NCBI GenBank assembly: GCA_030390025.1
Contig: JASTWF010000033.1
Span: 5,086,001-5,150,000 of the forward strand
Direction: 5' to 3'
DNA from: Squalus acanthias
Taxonomy: Eukaryota
Length of the DNA stretch: 64,000 nucleotides
Shown here one piece after another: positions 61,501 through 64,000 of the stretch (position 1 is its first letter; every line of letters begins with the position of its first letter). The notes under the pieces were generated by a model that was given only the letters and a program-made list of their open reading frames with translations, was not told the DNA's origin and made no database searches. The position numbers and the translations under genes are program-made.

Positions 61501-64000
61501 TTTATTCCTCTTGTCTTTTATTCCTCTTGTCTTTTATTCCTCTTGTCTTTTATTCCTCTTGTCTTTTATTCCTCTTGTCTTTTATTCCTCTTGTCTTTTA
61601 TTCCTCTTGTCTTTTATTCCTCTTGTCTTTTATTCCTCTTGTCTTTTATTCCTCTTGTCTTTTATTCCTCTTGTCTTTTATTCCTCTTGTCTTTTATTCC
61701 TCTTGTCTTTTATTCCTCTTGTCTTTTATTCCTCTTGTCTTTTATTCCTCTTGTCTTTTATTCCTCTTGTCTTTTATTCCTCTTGTCTTTTATTCCTCTT
61801 GTCTTTTATTCCTCTTGTCTTTTATTCCTCTTGTCTTTTATTCCTCTTGTCTTTTATTCCTCTTGTCTTTTATTCCTCTTGTCTTTTATTCCTCTTGTCT
61901 TTTATTCCTCTTGTCTTTTATTCCTCTTGTCTTTTATTCCTCTTGTCTTTTATTCCTCTTGTCTTTTATTCCTCTTGTCTTTTATTCCTCTTGTCTTTTA
62001 TTCCTCTTGTCTTTTATTCCTCTTGTCTTTTATTCCTCTTGTCTTTTATTCCTCTTGTCTTTTATTCCTCTTGTCTTTTATTCCTCTTGTCTTTTATTCC
62101 TCTTGTCTTTTATTCCTCTTGTCTTTTATTCCTCTTGTCTTTTATTCCTCTTGTCTTTTATTCCTCTTGTCTTTTATTCCTCTTGTCTTTTATTCCTCTT
62201 GTCTTTTATTCCTCTTGTCTTTTATTCCTCTTGTCTTTTATTCCTCTTGTCTTTTATTCCTCTTGTCTTTTATTCCTCTTGTCTTTTATTCCTCTTGTCT
62301 TTTATTCCTCTTGTCTTTTATTCCTCTTGTCTTTTATTCCTCTTGTCTTTTATTCCTCTTGTCTTTTATTCCTCTTGTCTTTTATTCCTCTTGTCTTTTA
62401 TTCCTCTTGTCTTTTATTCCTCTTGTCTTTTATTCCTCTTGTCTTTTATTCCTCTTGTCTTTTATTCCTCTTGTCTTTTATTCCTCTTGTCTTTTATTCC
62501 TCTTGTCTTTTATTCCTCTTGTCTTTTATTCCTCTTGTCTTTTATTCCTCTTGTCTTTTATTCCTCTTGTCTTTTATTCCTCTTGTCTTTTATTCCTCTT
62601 GTCTTTTATTCCTCTTGTCTTTTATTCCTCTTGTCTTTTATTCCTCTTGTCTTTTATTCCTCTTGTCTTTTATTCCTCTTGTCTTTTATTCCTCTTGTCT
62701 TTTATTCCTCTTGTCTTTTATTCCTCTTGTCTTTTATTCCTCTTGTCTTTTATTCCTCTTGTCTTTTATTCCTCTTGTCTTTTATTCCTCTTGTCTTTTA
62801 TTCCTCTTGTCTTTTATTCCTCTTGTCTTTTATTCCTCTTGTCTTTTATTCCTCTTGTCTTTTATTCCTCTTGTCTTTTATTCCTCTTGTCTTTTATTCC
62901 TCTTGTCTTTTATTCCTCTTGTCTTTTATTCCTCTTGTCTTTTATTCCTCTTGTCTTTTATTCCTCTTGTCTTTTATTCCTCTTGTCTTTTATTCCTCTT
63001 GTCTTTTATTCCTCTTGTCTTTTATTCCTCTTGTCTTTTATTCCTCTTGTCTTTTATTCCTCTTGTCTTTTATTCCTCTTGTCTTTTATTCCTCTTGTCT
63101 TTTATTCCTCTTGTCTTTTATTCCTCTTGTCTTTTATTCCTCTTGTCTTTTATTCCTCTTGTCTTTTATTCCTCTTGTCTTTTATTCCTCTTGTCTTTTA
63201 TTCCTCTTGTCTTTTATTCCTCTTGTCTTTTATTCCTCTTGTCTTTTATTCCTCTTGTCTTTTATTCCTCTTGTCTTTTATTCCTCTTGTCTTTTATTCC
63301 TCTTGTCTTTTATTCCTCTTGTCTTTTATTCCTCTTGTCTTTTATTCCTCTTGTCTTTTATTCCTCTTGTCTTTTATTCCTCTTGTCTTTTATTCCTCTT
63401 GTCTTTTATTCCTCTTGTCTTTTATTCCTCTTGTCTTTTATTCCTCTTGTCTTTTATTCCTCTTGTCTTTTATTCCTCTTGTCTTTTATTCCTCTTGTCT
63501 TTTATTCCTCTTGTCTTTTATTCCTCTTGTCTTTTATTCCTCTTGTCTTTTATTCCTCTTGTCTTTTATTCCTCTTGTCTTTTATTCCTCTTGTCTTTTA
63601 TTCCTCTTGTCTTTTATTCCTCTTGTCTTTTATTCCTCTTGTCTTTTATTCCTCTTGTCTTTTATTCCTCTTGTCTTTTATTCCTCTTGTCTTTTATTCC
63701 TCTTGTCTTTTATTCCTCTTGTCTTTTATTCCTCTTGTCTTTTATTCCTCTTGTCTTTTATTCCTCTTGTCTTTTATTCCTCTTGTCTTTTATTCCTCTT
63801 GTCTTTTATTCCTCTTGTCTTTTATTCCTCTTGTCTTTTATTCCTCTTGTCTTTTATTCCTCTTGTCTTTTATTCCTCTTGTCTTTTATTCCTCTTGTCT
63901 TTTATTCCTCTTGTCTTTTATTCCTCTTGTCTTTTATTCCTCTTGTCTTTTATTCCTCTTGTCTTTTATTCCTCTTGTCTTTTATTCCTCTTGTCTTTTA
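37553..64000. repeat. 16-bp satellite (TCTTGTCTTTTATTCC)n, at least 26 kb, ~1650 copies, runs off the window end
   Basis: Diverged copies at 37553-53141; no variant seen from 53142 to 64000 (printed lines recur every 240 nt = 15 units). Confidence 0.99.

Noticed and set aside
53142..64000. Perfect array as a non-canonical telomere
   Set aside because: No TTAGGG-like G-rich strand and vertebrate telomeres are TTAGGG; a satellite or assembly effect is simpler.

Overview
Eukaryotic DNA, most likely from a cartilaginous fish (inferred from the HE1/V-SINE, CR1/HER1-like LINEs, a Penelope remnant and the receptor type). The only host gene I can support is a two-exon GPR139-like class A GPCR on the minus strand. 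Its 67-nt first coding exon (34159-34225) is absent from the ORF track, and it splices across a ~22.9-kb intron to exon 2 (10306-11291), giving an intact 350-aa protein. The compact upstream region has a TATA box and NF-kB-like and ISRE-like motifs. The intron and 3' flank are mostly a nested pile of mobile elements: CR1 copies (one near full length with an esterase ORF1), an RTE LINE, an L2 fragment, a Penelope remnant with a decayed hammerhead ribozyme, a V-SINE, two MITEs and a 4.2-kb two-gene Harbinger transposon. In the Harbinger, the transposase has one stop codon and the spliced Myb/SANT gene has one homopolymer frameshift. About 500 bp upstream of the GPCR start codon, an 18-bp tandem array begins (34731-37552). 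It runs directly into a 16-bp satellite (TCTTGTCTTTTATTCC) that grades from diverged, with higher-order duplications, to apparently perfect (53142-64000) and continues past the window end. The long ORFs in 34.7-52.3 kb are repeat artefacts.
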